Shown: piece after piece, positions 17,888 to 26,819 of the stretch
Layout: each line of letters begins with the position of its first letter
Position numbering within the stretch: the stretch's first letter is position 1
Source: a virus
Length of the DNA stretch: 64,000 nt
Virus record (IMG/VR): IMGVR_UViG_3300028573_000014
Span: 15,954-79,953 of that record
Direction: 5' to 3' (one strand)
Notes under the pieces: model-generated
The model's database searches: none
What the model saw: the letters and a program-made list of their open reading frames with translations, nothing else
What the model was told of the DNA's origin: nothing
Position numbers and translations under genes: made by a program

Positions 17888-18131
17888 GGTCTTCCTTTCC
17901 CTTCACTAATTCTTTCCAGATTACAGGTTGTGCTGTCAAATCTTCACAGATATAAAAATGTCCGCTGCCGTCCTGCACCATCACCCTGTTACTGGGAGGT
18001 GATATCTTGAAAATAGCCAACTCTGCAAACGATGGCATTGTCATCGGCAAGATAATCGTTCTCAGTGGCTGATATATCATGCAGCCCCACCGATAGTCTC
18101 CTGCGACATAGTATGGTTTCATTGATCTCAT
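17877..18131 (-). CDS. Hypothetical protein
   Basis: ATGA-coupled start at 18131. Confidence 0.45.
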   Translation of the reverse strand: MRSMKPYYVAGDYRWGCMIYQPLRTIILPMTMPSFAELAIFKISPPSNRVMVQDGSGHFYICEDLTAQPVIWKELVKGKEDRDK

Positions 18132-19027
18132 GGCTTGAAACCCGCAAGCACCTTTATCCACTTGAGCGCCACCTTGTCCGCTGTGAATTGCTGTGCAGCG
18201 ACCCATCCCAACTCAGCATCCGACTCGCGCAGGGTTTTGTCGTTTGCGCTGGACAGAGCTGCGCACCATTGCTCAGTAGTCTCTGCCATCCAGAACAATC
18301 CTATCTCCTGATAAGAAGGGATAGGCGTTCCTACCACTGGTAGACCGAGGCCATAGGCTTTCAGCAGTCGGTTGGCACTCTTGGTCATCACCCAGTTGAC
18401 CGACCATTGGGGACTGCCAAACACGAACGGGAAGATCGCCATATCATGCTCGACCATCAATTGGTCTACTGTATCAGCGGACCACTGCTGCGCATTCCAG
18501 CCTTCTTTAGGCAGTTGATCCGTCTGCTCGGAGAAATGCGGATTGTTGAGATCCGTAATAATGGTCAGATTAATGCCCAGTGTACGGCAAGCACGGGCTG
18601 CATAGCATAGATGATACATGTTCTGAGTATTGCCGACCCAGACAGCGCTATTCAAGTTGTCTGCGTGTACTTTCTTGCGAGGGCTGGTCGGCTCAGTATC
18701 CAGACAATCTGGAATAACGATTGCCCCAGGGAAATGAGCGAGCTTGGACTCAGTGTCCACTGTGATCTGATCCACCTCGGCAGGGATAGGCGTGGAAATA
18801 AGATCGTCAATGTCGAAAATGATACGCTTCCCCGCAGCCTTGAACATCTTCATTGAGCCATCCTGCGGCCAGACCTTCTGATACACCACAACGTCACAAT
18901 CCGATGAATTGTAACTGTTGAAGGTAACGGTATGCCCCATCGCTCGGAGCGCTGTAGCGACCTTCCAGACACGGAGTCGACTACTGGCAAAGTCTGTGCT
19001 GCCTGCGGGGAAATAGTTAATGCGCAT
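18128..19027 (-). CDS. Glycosyltransferase (GT-B, GT4-like)
   Basis: ASSRLR, IFDIDD, VWVG, KSANRL..YGLGLPVVGTPIPSY. Confidence 0.8.
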   Translation of the reverse strand: MRINYFPAGSTDFASSRLRVWKVATALRAMGHTVTFNSYNSSDCDVVVYQKVWPQDGSMKMFKAAGKRIIFDIDDLISTPIPAEVDQITVDTESKLAHFPGAIVIPDCLDTEPTSPRKKVHADNLNSAVWVGNTQNMYHLCYAARACRTLGINLTIITDLNNPHFSEQTDQLPKEGWNAQQWSADTVDQLMVEHDMAIFPFVFGSPQWSVNWVMTKSANRLLKAYGLGLPVVGTPIPSYQEIGLFWMAETTEQWCAALSSANDKTLRESDAELGWVAAQQFTADKVALKWIKVLAGFKP

Positions 19028-19400
19028 TGTTGTCTCTCAATTCACTGAACAACTGGTCAATGGCACCAGCTTCGATATAAACGCTAGCTTTTACTGACTC
19101 TGCCATTCTCCGATAAGCATCCTCGTAAGTATCTGCCCACATACAATCAATGAAGTCTGGCTGCTTACCTTCCTTCCAGATGTCCCATGCGATGCGACGT
19201 TCAATGCCCGATTCTGCTATCTCTAGCGGAGGTGCTGTATATGTATGCAATGTCCACCAGTTAACTTCAAGCGGTTTAATTTGCGCCACATTGTAAGGGA
19301 AAGCGATGCCGCGATAATCGAAGTCGCCGCGGTTGGTTCCCACATGGAATGTCCACTGCTTTGAAATAAGAAGGATGGCAGGAGCCAGTTTGATCTTCAT
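19017..19400 (-). CDS. Hypothetical protein
   Basis: Coupled ORF. Confidence 0.5.
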   Translation of the reverse strand: MKIKLAPAILLISKQWTFHVGTNRGDFDYRGIAFPYNVAQIKPLEVNWWTLHTYTAPPLEIAESGIERRIAWDIWKEGKQPDFIDCMWADTYEDAYRRMAESVKASVYIEAGAIDQLFSELRDNNAH

Positions 19401-19894
19401 CGTCTGCCTACAAACAATCTATCCGACATGGGATCATAAGCGGCAAAAATATCGAGATAGTCATATGGATTAGAGGGGTAGCCATGATAATTACCAACCA
19501 TATAACGTTCAAATCGGATAGTGCGAACACTAACACTGGGACTAACACCGAAGTTGAGATCGATCATGCCAATATGTTCGATGCTCATTGGTCGCCAGTT
19601 GGCGGGCCGGTCCGCCGGATGGTAGCGATTATCGACCAGCCACTTGTGAAACCGCTTGACGCAGCGCAAATAGAACGCCTTCCAGCCTTTTGCGGGATAC
19701 CAGTTATTCCGATAAGGACGCATCATTGAATCGTCCTGTACAGGGATCTGTATCTCACGGGGAGAATTGTACACAAGTTCAATGGTCGTCTTGTCATTCA
19801 ACTGTGGAATTTTGCTGCGCATTTCGCGCCACAGATAAAAGGCAAGCGGACCATCTCCGATAACTGACTGCAAAGGATGAACGGGCGCTCTCAT
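19397..19894 (-). CDS. Hypothetical protein
   Basis: Coupled ORF. Confidence 0.5.
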   Translation of the reverse strand: MRAPVHPLQSVIGDGPLAFYLWREMRSKIPQLNDKTTIELVYNSPREIQIPVQDDSMMRPYRNNWYPAKGWKAFYLRCVKRFHKWLVDNRYHPADRPANWRPMSIEHIGMIDLNFGVSPSVSVRTIRFERYMVGNYHGYPSNPYDYLDIFAAYDPMSDRLFVGRR

Positions 19895-20856
19895 GCCTTT
19901 ACCCCCACATGCTCCAGTATATCCATAACACGCTGACGACTTCGTTCAAAGGTGAATTGTTCAACCATTCGATATTGTTCAGCAACTGCATTCCCATAAT
20001 AACTGTTGCTGCTGAGCAATTCAGCCATCACGCTAGCCTGCGCAGGGTCAAAGGGGTCAATATGTAGTCCTGGCGCATCATTGCACCACTCAGAACTGAT
20101 CACAGGTGTACCGACCATCGCGCACAGAACCTGCTGCCGACCATAGCTATGGCGCGTGTAAATGTCCACGCACATCTGCGCCTTAGCCGTAATCGCCACA
20201 AAATAAGGCCATGCGACGTGCCCCAGAAACTCAGCCTTGAGGCCAGCGATACGCGCATAGTCCGAGGTCCAGTCCCGCTGCGCTGCATACAGCACCCGAC
20301 AGCCTGTTTTGCGCTGGATGGCAGCCACTGCCGCAACGTTATTGGCAGTATTGTTGTCAATGTCGATGCTGTGGTCGAGCGTGAGAATGTAGTCTTCTTT
20401 GGGCAAGTCACGATAAGGCAAGAAGAATTCTGTGTCACCGATAGGGGATGGGAGATAAAACGTTGGTTTGTTCAATAGCTCGCCATACACATTGCAATCT
20501 GCATGTGTACGCCCCCCAATGGCATCTGCCATGCTCATCTGGTGCAGCATAAACATCCAGTCTGGACGAGTCAACACAATATCCACGCAGGCATCCGGGC
20601 AGGCAATACAGTAACAGGTCGGGTTGACCGCTTTTATCTGCTCAATGTGACGCGAGTCTGTGGTGTGGAATAAGTTAACTATAACGATCCTTGCTTTCCG
20701 CACCGCATCTGGCATTGTCCCTGGTTGCCGTGTATCCCAGCGTTGCCACGGCAAATCCAACACGGTAGACCAATTAGAGACGCTTACGGTAGGCGGACCA
20801 CCTGGTCCGCTTGTAACGAACTCGCCCCACACAAGCGCAAGATCACTCAGTTGCAT
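19891..20856 (-). CDS. Glycosyltransferase (GT-B fold, divergent)
   Basis: AEFLGHV, HSYGRQQVLCAMVGTPVISS, C-terminal FTFERSRQRV typical of GT4 donor domain. Confidence 0.7.
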   Translation of the reverse strand: MQLSDLALVWGEFVTSGPGGPPTVSVSNWSTVLDLPWQRWDTRQPGTMPDAVRKARIVIVNLFHTTDSRHIEQIKAVNPTCYCIACPDACVDIVLTRPDWMFMLHQMSMADAIGGRTHADCNVYGELLNKPTFYLPSPIGDTEFFLPYRDLPKEDYILTLDHSIDIDNNTANNVAAVAAIQRKTGCRVLYAAQRDWTSDYARIAGLKAEFLGHVAWPYFVAITAKAQMCVDIYTRHSYGRQQVLCAMVGTPVISSEWCNDAPGLHIDPFDPAQASVMAELLSSNSYYGNAVAEQYRMVEQFTFERSRQRVMDILEHVGVKA

Positions 20857-21139
20857 TGTTAACCACCTTGTTCATTTCTTCCCGCACAATAAGGCGGATC
20901 ATTCTGGTCAAGTCAACCGACTTCTCCAGCGGGACATAATTTGCCGCGTAATCAGTGGAGATGCCCAGTGCCACCACGCCCGGAATGCTTGCCCTCATTC
21001 TTTGCAAAACAGCATTGATAAGTTCCCCGTCTCGGCCTGCAACAATCCAGACATCATCACCCAGATTGAACATTTTCATCTTTCCCAGGTCGAAGATTCC
21101 AGGTTGAGTAGCATCAATTGGCTCAGGTAGATCACTCAT
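20843..21139 (-). CDS. Hypothetical protein
   Basis: Coupled ORF. Confidence 0.5.
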   Translation of the reverse strand: MSDLPEPIDATQPGIFDLGKMKMFNLGDDVWIVAGRDGELINAVLQRMRASIPGVVALGISTDYAANYVPLEKSVDLTRMIRLIVREEMNKVVNNATE

Positions 21140-21389
21140 CCAACATTCCTTTCACAACACCCTCAATGTATTTCTTTAAAACTTCATTGTCATTAAGATT
21201 AAGCACTATTTCCAGCGAGAAGGGCAAGACTACCATTCGCACACCGATAGGAGCCAGCCTTTCCTGGTACACACTCACAACATGATCGAGCTTTTCATGA
21301 TATAGTGGCGATGCACCGAGCGGTAGTCCAAACAGTATCAGCGTCGGGCTAACAACGATAACCGAAAGCAGAATGTCAGGCGTAGCCAT
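21132..21389 (-). CDS. Hypothetical protein (weak portal clip-like pattern)
   Basis: MATP...RMVVLPFSLEI versus portal MAMP...RTVVLPTRWEM. Confidence 0.45.
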   Translation of the reverse strand: MATPDILLSVIVVSPTLILFGLPLGASPLYHEKLDHVVSVYQERLAPIGVRMVVLPFSLEIVLNLNDNEVLKKYIEGVVKGMLDE

Positions 21390-21390
21390 A

Positions 21391-21939
21391 TTATGCAAAC
21401 CTTATCGATAGGCCACCGTGCCGCGTGCCATGCAAAGCCAGTGCGGTAGCCACTACTGTTTCAGTGTTTCTGACGGGCAGAAAATCTCCCTGTCCGCCAG
21501 CGCGGTATTCATAGCCAGATAGCTCATTGATAAGCCCTTCGTCAGGAACAATGCGCAATCGCCCCATATTTAATTCCAGCGCCAGATTATTGAGCATGTC
21601 GGCTCTGCTTGCCCTGGTCATACGTAGTGGGTACACGGGTAATCCCTCCGATCGCAACGCTTCGATGTTAGGACCGCCAATGCTGGCCGCCTCAACATAG
21701 ATAAGCTGCGGTTTCCATATTTTGTGCAACGCGGATACTCGATCTCGCTGCACTGCATAACCCTCACCTATGGTTCGGTCCAGCGCGACCAGTTGATGCG
21801 TTGTAGCATCCATAATGGCTACGCCCATACGGTCCATATGGTTTCCCCAGTCCAGCCCGAAGACTATCCGATGACCAACAACAGGCTTATCCTGCGGCTC
21901 AACTCTGGCATATCGTTCTGGATTGGGGAAGAGCCTCAT
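21391..21939 (-). CDS. Stand-alone terminase RNase H-like nuclease domain (TerL C-terminal paralog), degenerate
   Basis: GLDWG..D, YVEA, GLPV, LINEL; terminal NDDMVMSLALA of TerL becomes NTETVVATALA. Confidence 0.85.
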   Translation of the reverse strand: MRLFPNPERYARVEPQDKPVVGHRIVFGLDWGNHMDRMGVAIMDATTHQLVALDRTIGEGYAVQRDRVSALHKIWKPQLIYVEAASIGGPNIEALRSEGLPVYPLRMTRASRADMLNNLALELNMGRLRIVPDEGLINELSGYEYRAGGQGDFLPVRNTETVVATALALHGTRHGGLSIRFA

Positions 21940-22565
21940 CTCTTTGTTGCCTTTCGTGCTGGCGCTTTGGCCTTTGCCTTTGTGGTAATGGCTCCAGTAC
22001 CTTCGCCTATCGTAGGCGTTCCACCGGACACTTCAAACTCATAGTGGGCAGGAGAAGACTTTGGCTCATCAATCTCACCCCACACTCGTACAGCACTGGC
22101 GCAGACATCGTAGCCAGATTCCACGGTGCGAATATCATCGAGTACGCCCGTGTTCGTCATGAGTTCACGCAGGGCTTCTTCGGACATTCGCCACAGGTCC
22201 GGTCCAGATTTTACGGGCGGTTTGGTGAAGGAGGGGGTAACAATTACCAGTAACCCCTGCGGATGCATTACGCGGACCAATTCTTTCATCCATGACACGA
22301 GATCCAGCACTGCGTAAGCCACGCTGCCTGAGATAACAATGTCATAGTGACCGCTTTCGATGGGATAGTGGTAGGGATTATCTGCCACGATATCCACATT
22401 GGAGTTGGCTTCCAGGTCCAGCCCCGTGTAATGCCAGCCAAGCGACACGATGTACTCCCTGTAGGACCCGTTTACGTTGAAAGCGCCAACGTCCAGCACT
22501 GAAGCGCCAGTCTCAGGGTAGCGTTGCAAAGCGTCAGCCATAAGGTCCAGACTTCCCTGGTGCAT
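21936..22565 (-). CDS. Class I SAM-dependent methyltransferase
   Basis: VLDVGA, YTGLD, NVDIVAD, YDIVIS, ELVRVMHPQG. Confidence 0.85.
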   Translation of the reverse strand: MHQGSLDLMADALQRYPETGASVLDVGAFNVNGSYREYIVSLGWHYTGLDLEANSNVDIVADNPYHYPIESGHYDIVISGSVAYAVLDLVSWMKELVRVMHPQGLLVIVTPSFTKPPVKSGPDLWRMSEEALRELMTNTGVLDDIRTVESGYDVCASAVRVWGEIDEPKSSPAHYEFEVSGGTPTIGEGTGAITTKAKAKAPARKATKR

Positions 22566-22746
22566 AATTCTCCCTATCCTGTAATATGAGCGGTTAAAAT
22601 GACGATCCCGAAGAAAAACAGTGCAGCGGCAAGGCTAGCCCAGTCGGGCAGTTTCATCTTGCCACCAATCCAGCGAACCAATCCGCCTACGAGGGCAGCA
22701 ACAAGGCACAACACAATAACAACCGCGGCGACATGCGTATCGACAG

Positions 22747-24096
22747 TCATAGATTCTCCGTTTTCTTTATTTCCTGTAGCACACGTTTTTTGTCCCAGAT
22801 AGGGGCAACTTTTTCAGGTTCAGTCTTCTTCCTCAACCATTCGGCATGAGGTTCGGCCTTCAACTGTGCATCAATCTCATTGAGCACAGGGATAAAATGA
22901 TCTTTCAGCACTGTCTCTACATCATAGACCAGTGCAGCCTTACGGGTACGCTCACGCAGTTCTGGCATCTCGCCTGCCTTCCAGATGCTATAAGCGTGCG
23001 CCAGACAGTCAGCGGCATCATAAGGGTCTGCCAGCATCTGATAGCTTCGCGGAATGCGTTCTGGCTGAAAACGAATACCGCTGACTTTCCAGCCGGTCAG
23101 GTTAATCTCACTGCTAGCGGCAAAATCGATGGCGATCAGTGGACAACCACACGCCTGCGCCTCAACATCGGTCAGGCCAAAACCTTCGCCATAGGAGAGC
23201 ATCAGTTTCGCGTCCGCTGCGTTGTAAACATCGACCAGATGATCATCCGTGGGAATGCCAGTCACCATCATGTAAGTACCGAGGCTGCGCAGGCTACCAT
23301 TACCATCGCCATCGACCAGAAGATGGTTCCCGCCGGGGAAGATAACCTTGTCGGCAATGCCCAGTTGAGCAGCCATCGCATCGATGGGATGGCCATGGAC
23401 TCCAGAAGGGTCAGCGTGGACGTAAAGAAGCGCATCGGGATGGTCATGCGAAAAGAGTTGGAACGCCTCGAACATTCCCGCGAAATTCTTGCGCCCACCT
23501 TCGCCATTGTTGGCTACGATAACGACCAGGAATGCATCATCGGGGATAACCTGATCGATCAGGTTCTTGGTGAACATGTTCTTCCGCGCCTGACTTCGAT
23601 CAGTGGGTTTAAACACCTCAGTCTCAATGCCGTGTGGCACATAGAGAGGCTTCAATCCAATTTCCTTCATCTGCGCTTCGCCATGTCGTGAAATAGCGAT
23701 GGGCCAGCGGCAAGCATTGAACTGAGCACGCTCGTTTTGCAGAATAGGTTCACAATCTACCGGACACCAGGCTGCCCACGGGAGCGGCATCCACAGGTCT
23801 GGACGCATCGCAAAAATGTCAATGAGCGACCAGATTACACTGGTGCGTTGATGGTTCGGAAAGTATGTCTGGGCGTACAGATAGTGACCGTAGATCACGT
23901 CATTGCCGTGCTGTTCTTTGACACGTGGCAAATGCACAATGCCTGCTGCATCAGCCAGCGGAGATCCTTCCAGGCCACGATAAGCGCTGACGACTACACC
24001 ATAGCCTGCTTCTTTAAGACGGTGAGTCCAGATGCGCGATTGTGTGCCGTACCCGCTGGGCATCCAGGTTGCGTTAGAGTGCCAGAGTATATTCAC
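22747..24096 (-). CDS. GT4-family glycosyltransferase
   Basis: SGYGTQ, YVPHGIETEVF, RKNF, YNAAD, GEGFGLTDVEAQACGCP; GTG start coupled to upstream stop. Confidence 0.92.
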   Translation of the reverse strand: MNILWHSNATWMPSGYGTQSRIWTHRLKEAGYGVVVSAYRGLEGSPLADAAGIVHLPRVKEQHGNDVIYGHYLYAQTYFPNHQRTSVIWSLIDIFAMRPDLWMPLPWAAWCPVDCEPILQNERAQFNACRWPIAISRHGEAQMKEIGLKPLYVPHGIETEVFKPTDRSQARKNMFTKNLIDQVIPDDAFLVVIVANNGEGGRKNFAGMFEAFQLFSHDHPDALLYVHADPSGVHGHPIDAMAAQLGIADKVIFPGGNHLLVDGDGNGSLRSLGTYMMVTGIPTDDHLVDVYNAADAKLMLSYGEGFGLTDVEAQACGCPLIAIDFAASSEINLTGWKVSGIRFQPERIPRSYQMLADPYDAADCLAHAYSIWKAGEMPELRERTRKAALVYDVETVLKDHFIPVLNEIDAQLKAEPHAEWLRKKTEPEKVAPIWDKKRVLQEIKKTENL

Positions 24097-24548
24097 GATT
24101 CGTCCTTTACTACATAAATAGTCCGCTGATCTTCCCAGACCACGCGGCAACTGAACGGACCTATAGTCATAAATCCACCGAACTTGTGGGTTTCAAACGA
24201 GTCTGCCAAAAGCTCTTTAGCAACCCCCACAATTTCTTTATTCCCCCACATATACTGATAAGTGATCATGTTGTTCGTCATGTCTTTCTCACGAACGACT
24301 GTAATAACGCCTGTATCTGTCGGTCTCGGATACGACCTTATCAGTTCATCGATCTTCTTATAACCAGCGTCGGATAAGCCGCGCAGGAATTTCTGCGTTC
24401 CGATGGATCTTGTCCATACATAGGGACTATCTAGCAATTCAGTATATTCGGCATCAGTGATGACCTGAACGAAATTATCATTCGGGTGTTTCCCAGCCCT
24501 CTCTAGCCAGGGCAGTATTCTGAGCAGGTCGAGATCACTTAGGGGCAT
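24093..24548 (-). CDS. Hypothetical protein
   Basis: Coupled ORF. Confidence 0.5.
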   Translation of the reverse strand: MPLSDLDLLRILPWLERAGKHPNDNFVQVITDAEYTELLDSPYVWTRSIGTQKFLRGLSDAGYKKIDELIRSYPRPTDTGVITVVREKDMTNNMITYQYMWGNKEIVGVAKELLADSFETHKFGGFMTIGPFSCRVVWEDQRTIYVVKDES

Positions 24549-25066
24549 TATTTTCTCTTCTTTCTGGACTTCCGTTCAAAATCGCCAGTTTCAATGAGAG
24601 CAAGCACTTCGCTGCGTCTGACATAAGTCGAGTGATAAATGCGACCAGTCTGTTTGTATCTGGCAGCGATAACATTTGGATTGAAATAACTATGCAAATA
24701 TTCATATTCTATAAGTCGAGCGACTTTGCGCAGTTGCAAATTCCCTGCCGATCCCCAGAACAACCGGGCAGCCTGACTGGGCGTGAGCGCTTCTTCGCTG
24801 TACAACTTCCACTGCGCCCAAGCAACCTTACGTCCACCTTTTGTCTCCCATAACCACGGGGAGATTTTGAGCGCAGGGAATGGACACAGCGCTTTGACCA
24901 CATGCTTGACTGCATCCTCCAGAACCGATGGTTCTGCCGTGCATTCTTCTACAATGTCGATGTATTTTTGCTTGCAATGCTTCTGGCAAAGTTCAGTGAG
25001 CGATGCAGTCCAGACATTCTTAGCCTGCTTGCGAACCCTTTTAAGGACTACGGGATCAACGTTCAT
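24548..25066 (-). CDS. HTH (MerR/excisionase-like) DNA-binding protein
   Basis: LTPSQAARL...YVRRSEVLAL; paralog of 38862..39188. Confidence 0.55.
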   Translation of the reverse strand: MNVDPVVLKRVRKQAKNVWTASLTELCQKHCKQKYIDIVEECTAEPSVLEDAVKHVVKALCPFPALKISPWLWETKGGRKVAWAQWKLYSEEALTPSQAARLFWGSAGNLQLRKVARLIEYEYLHSYFNPNVIAARYKQTGRIYHSTYVRRSEVLALIETGDFERKSRKKRK

Positions 25067-25370
25067 AGGATTCCAGCCTTTTGATAAGCGCTGACAGGTC
25101 TCGGCCTTCTATTTCCCAGTAACGGAAGAAGTCGGCATGGAAGAAAATCTCTTTCGTCATTTCTGCTATCAGGAGAAAGCCACCAGCGCCAGCATCATTC
25201 GCAAAAAACTGTTTCATCCGCGCCTGCACGTCTGCGGCAATGTCTGTTGCTGAGGATGCGTTTATAGTGACAGTGAGTTTCGACTCGCGCATTTCACGCG
25301 GAGTGATTGTGCCTTCAGGCCAGCTTTCAGAATGTCCGTTTACATTGATCATTTTACGGCTCATTGTCAT
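25056..25370 (-). CDS. Hypothetical protein with portal-like FFxNxA motif
   Basis: KQFFANDAGAGGFLLIAEMTKE. Confidence 0.5.
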   Translation of the reverse strand: MTMSRKMINVNGHSESWPEGTITPREMRESKLTVTINASSATDIAADVQARMKQFFANDAGAGGFLLIAEMTKEIFFHADFFRYWEIEGRDLSALIKRLESYER

Positions 25371-25496
25371 CCCAATCTTCTGGTTTCTCCGCAGTCCACA
25401 ACGGCGTTTTCTCCTTCGGTGGCGCTGAGGGATAAGGGACCGTGCGAAAGTGATTGCGCAGCTCTGGATAGTTGCGTCGGTGCGCCATCTTCTTTC

Positions 25497-25799
25497 TCAT
25501 CTTTTTGGTTTTGTAGTGTCGTTTGACCATATCTTCAGCCCTTCGTACATAGCTCTGGCCTGCGCAATGCCCGCCTCTGGCAATACACCTGCTTCAAATG
25601 CTCTGAATGAACCGACTGGAATGCGAAGCGTACCAACGATGAGTTCCACATGATTCCACCAGAGACTGTGTGTAGCAGTATCCATTTTCTCAGTGATCTG
25701 TATCTGGGCATCTTCGAGATTGATCACCGTGATTAGAGGATGCTCATTGTTCTCCCATGCCGTTTTTGTCCATAACTGCCAGATGTCACTCAGGTTCAT
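25497..25799 (-). CDS. Hypothetical protein with TerL lid-like peptide
   Basis: WQLWTKTAWEN..PLITVINLEDA versus TerL WESWHKPSSDNPFLPASEIEDA. Confidence 0.5.
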   Translation of the reverse strand: MNLSDIWQLWTKTAWENNEHPLITVINLEDAQIQITEKMDTATHSLWWNHVELIVGTLRIPVGSFRAFEAGVLPEAGIAQARAMYEGLKIWSNDTTKPKR

Positions 25800-25929
25800 T
25801 GTGGTTTAATCCGACTGATCACTGCACGAATAGCAGACTTCCCGCCCTCAAACGCTCCGATGAGCCACACGCGATAGCCAATTATTACAACCGCAGCGAT
25901 AATTAGCGGGATGTAAATGCATAGGTCGC

Positions 25930-26385
25930 TCATTGAGTAGCCTTCCATTTACCGAAACGCATCATCAATGCATCGACCAGTTGGTACAGATCGAAGAAAA
26001 CATACTGAAGATATCTCTCTGCTGAGATTTCCAGATTGCGCCGTCGGTAGAACTGGCTACCGGCACCAACAATTAACTTCCCAGACTTCCAGTACAAACC
26101 CGCCTCAAAAAAGCTGATCGGCGCTTTCGATGAGGATGGCAACCACATAAAGATAAGGTCAGCCTTCTCCAGTGCGTCCAGTTCCCAGTGAATTTGCCCG
26201 TCTAGCGTATCTGGCGTGAATGCTGCTCGACGGGGATTGATCAGCACCAGATCGTCGTAGTCCTTCAATGTCTCAATAACTTTTGCCTGCCAGTCTTCGG
26301 CAGCACCCATATCAATTGCGCCTGCCAGAAAGACGCGATAACCAGGAACATCGACAGACTCAGGGGCAGTAATTACAGTGGTCAC
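25930..26385 (-). CDS. Nucleoside 2-deoxyribosyltransferase-like protein
   Basis: VFLAGAI..DWQ, NPRR, QIHWELDALEKAD, APISFFEAG. Confidence 0.85.
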   Translation of the reverse strand: MTTVITAPESVDVPGYRVFLAGAIDMGAAEDWQAKVIETLKDYDDLVLINPRRAAFTPDTLDGQIHWELDALEKADLIFMWLPSSSKAPISFFEAGLYWKSGKLIVGAGSQFYRRRNLEISAERYLQYVFFDLYQLVDALMMRFGKWKATQ

Positions 26386-26819
26386 AGGTCAATCTTTCTG
26401 GCATTCACAATCGCTCTGAAGAAACGCTGTCGCATCTCTTCTTCGGAAAGTTCTTCAATCTTCTCAATCTCCGGCGGACCAACGGTCACTGCCCCGTCTT
26501 TCAGGGTAACAGTATTGACAACCGTCTTGTCCTCATACTCGCCACCGCAATGCACTTTGAGTGAGAGAGAAGGGCACGCTGCGCCCAATTTGAGCAACGT
26601 TTTAGCCACACTCTCTACGGTATAATTGCGCTCAGCCAGATTGCCACGCGCATTGATCTTCGCAGCAGGCCAGTCGCCCAGACCGCCAAGCCCATCGGTT
26701 ACAGACAGACAGTGGAAATGCTTGTAGTCTTCGCCTGGATCGCACTCATGGCGAAGATCGCGCACCTCGGATTCGGCACAATCCCCGATAATTTGAACAG
26801 ACATCCAATCGCCCATCAT
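26382..26819 (-). CDS. Hypothetical protein
   Basis: Coupled ORF. Confidence 0.55.
   Translation of the reverse strand: MMGDWMSVQIIGDCAESEVRDLRHECDPGEDYKHFHCLSVTDGLGGLGDWPAAKINARGNLAERNYTVESVAKTLLKLGAACPSLSLKVHCGGEYEDKTVVNTVTLKDGAVTVGPPEIEKIEELSEEEMRQRFFRAIVNARKIDL

Noticed and set aside
14261-21939. A second terL interrupted by an inserted glycosylation island or intron
   Set aside because: The nuclease half is transcribed before the ATPase half, both have their own coupled starts and stops, and no splice or mobile-element ends are visible
22846-23691. 281-aa plus-strand ORF
   Set aside because: Antisense shadow of the GT4 gene
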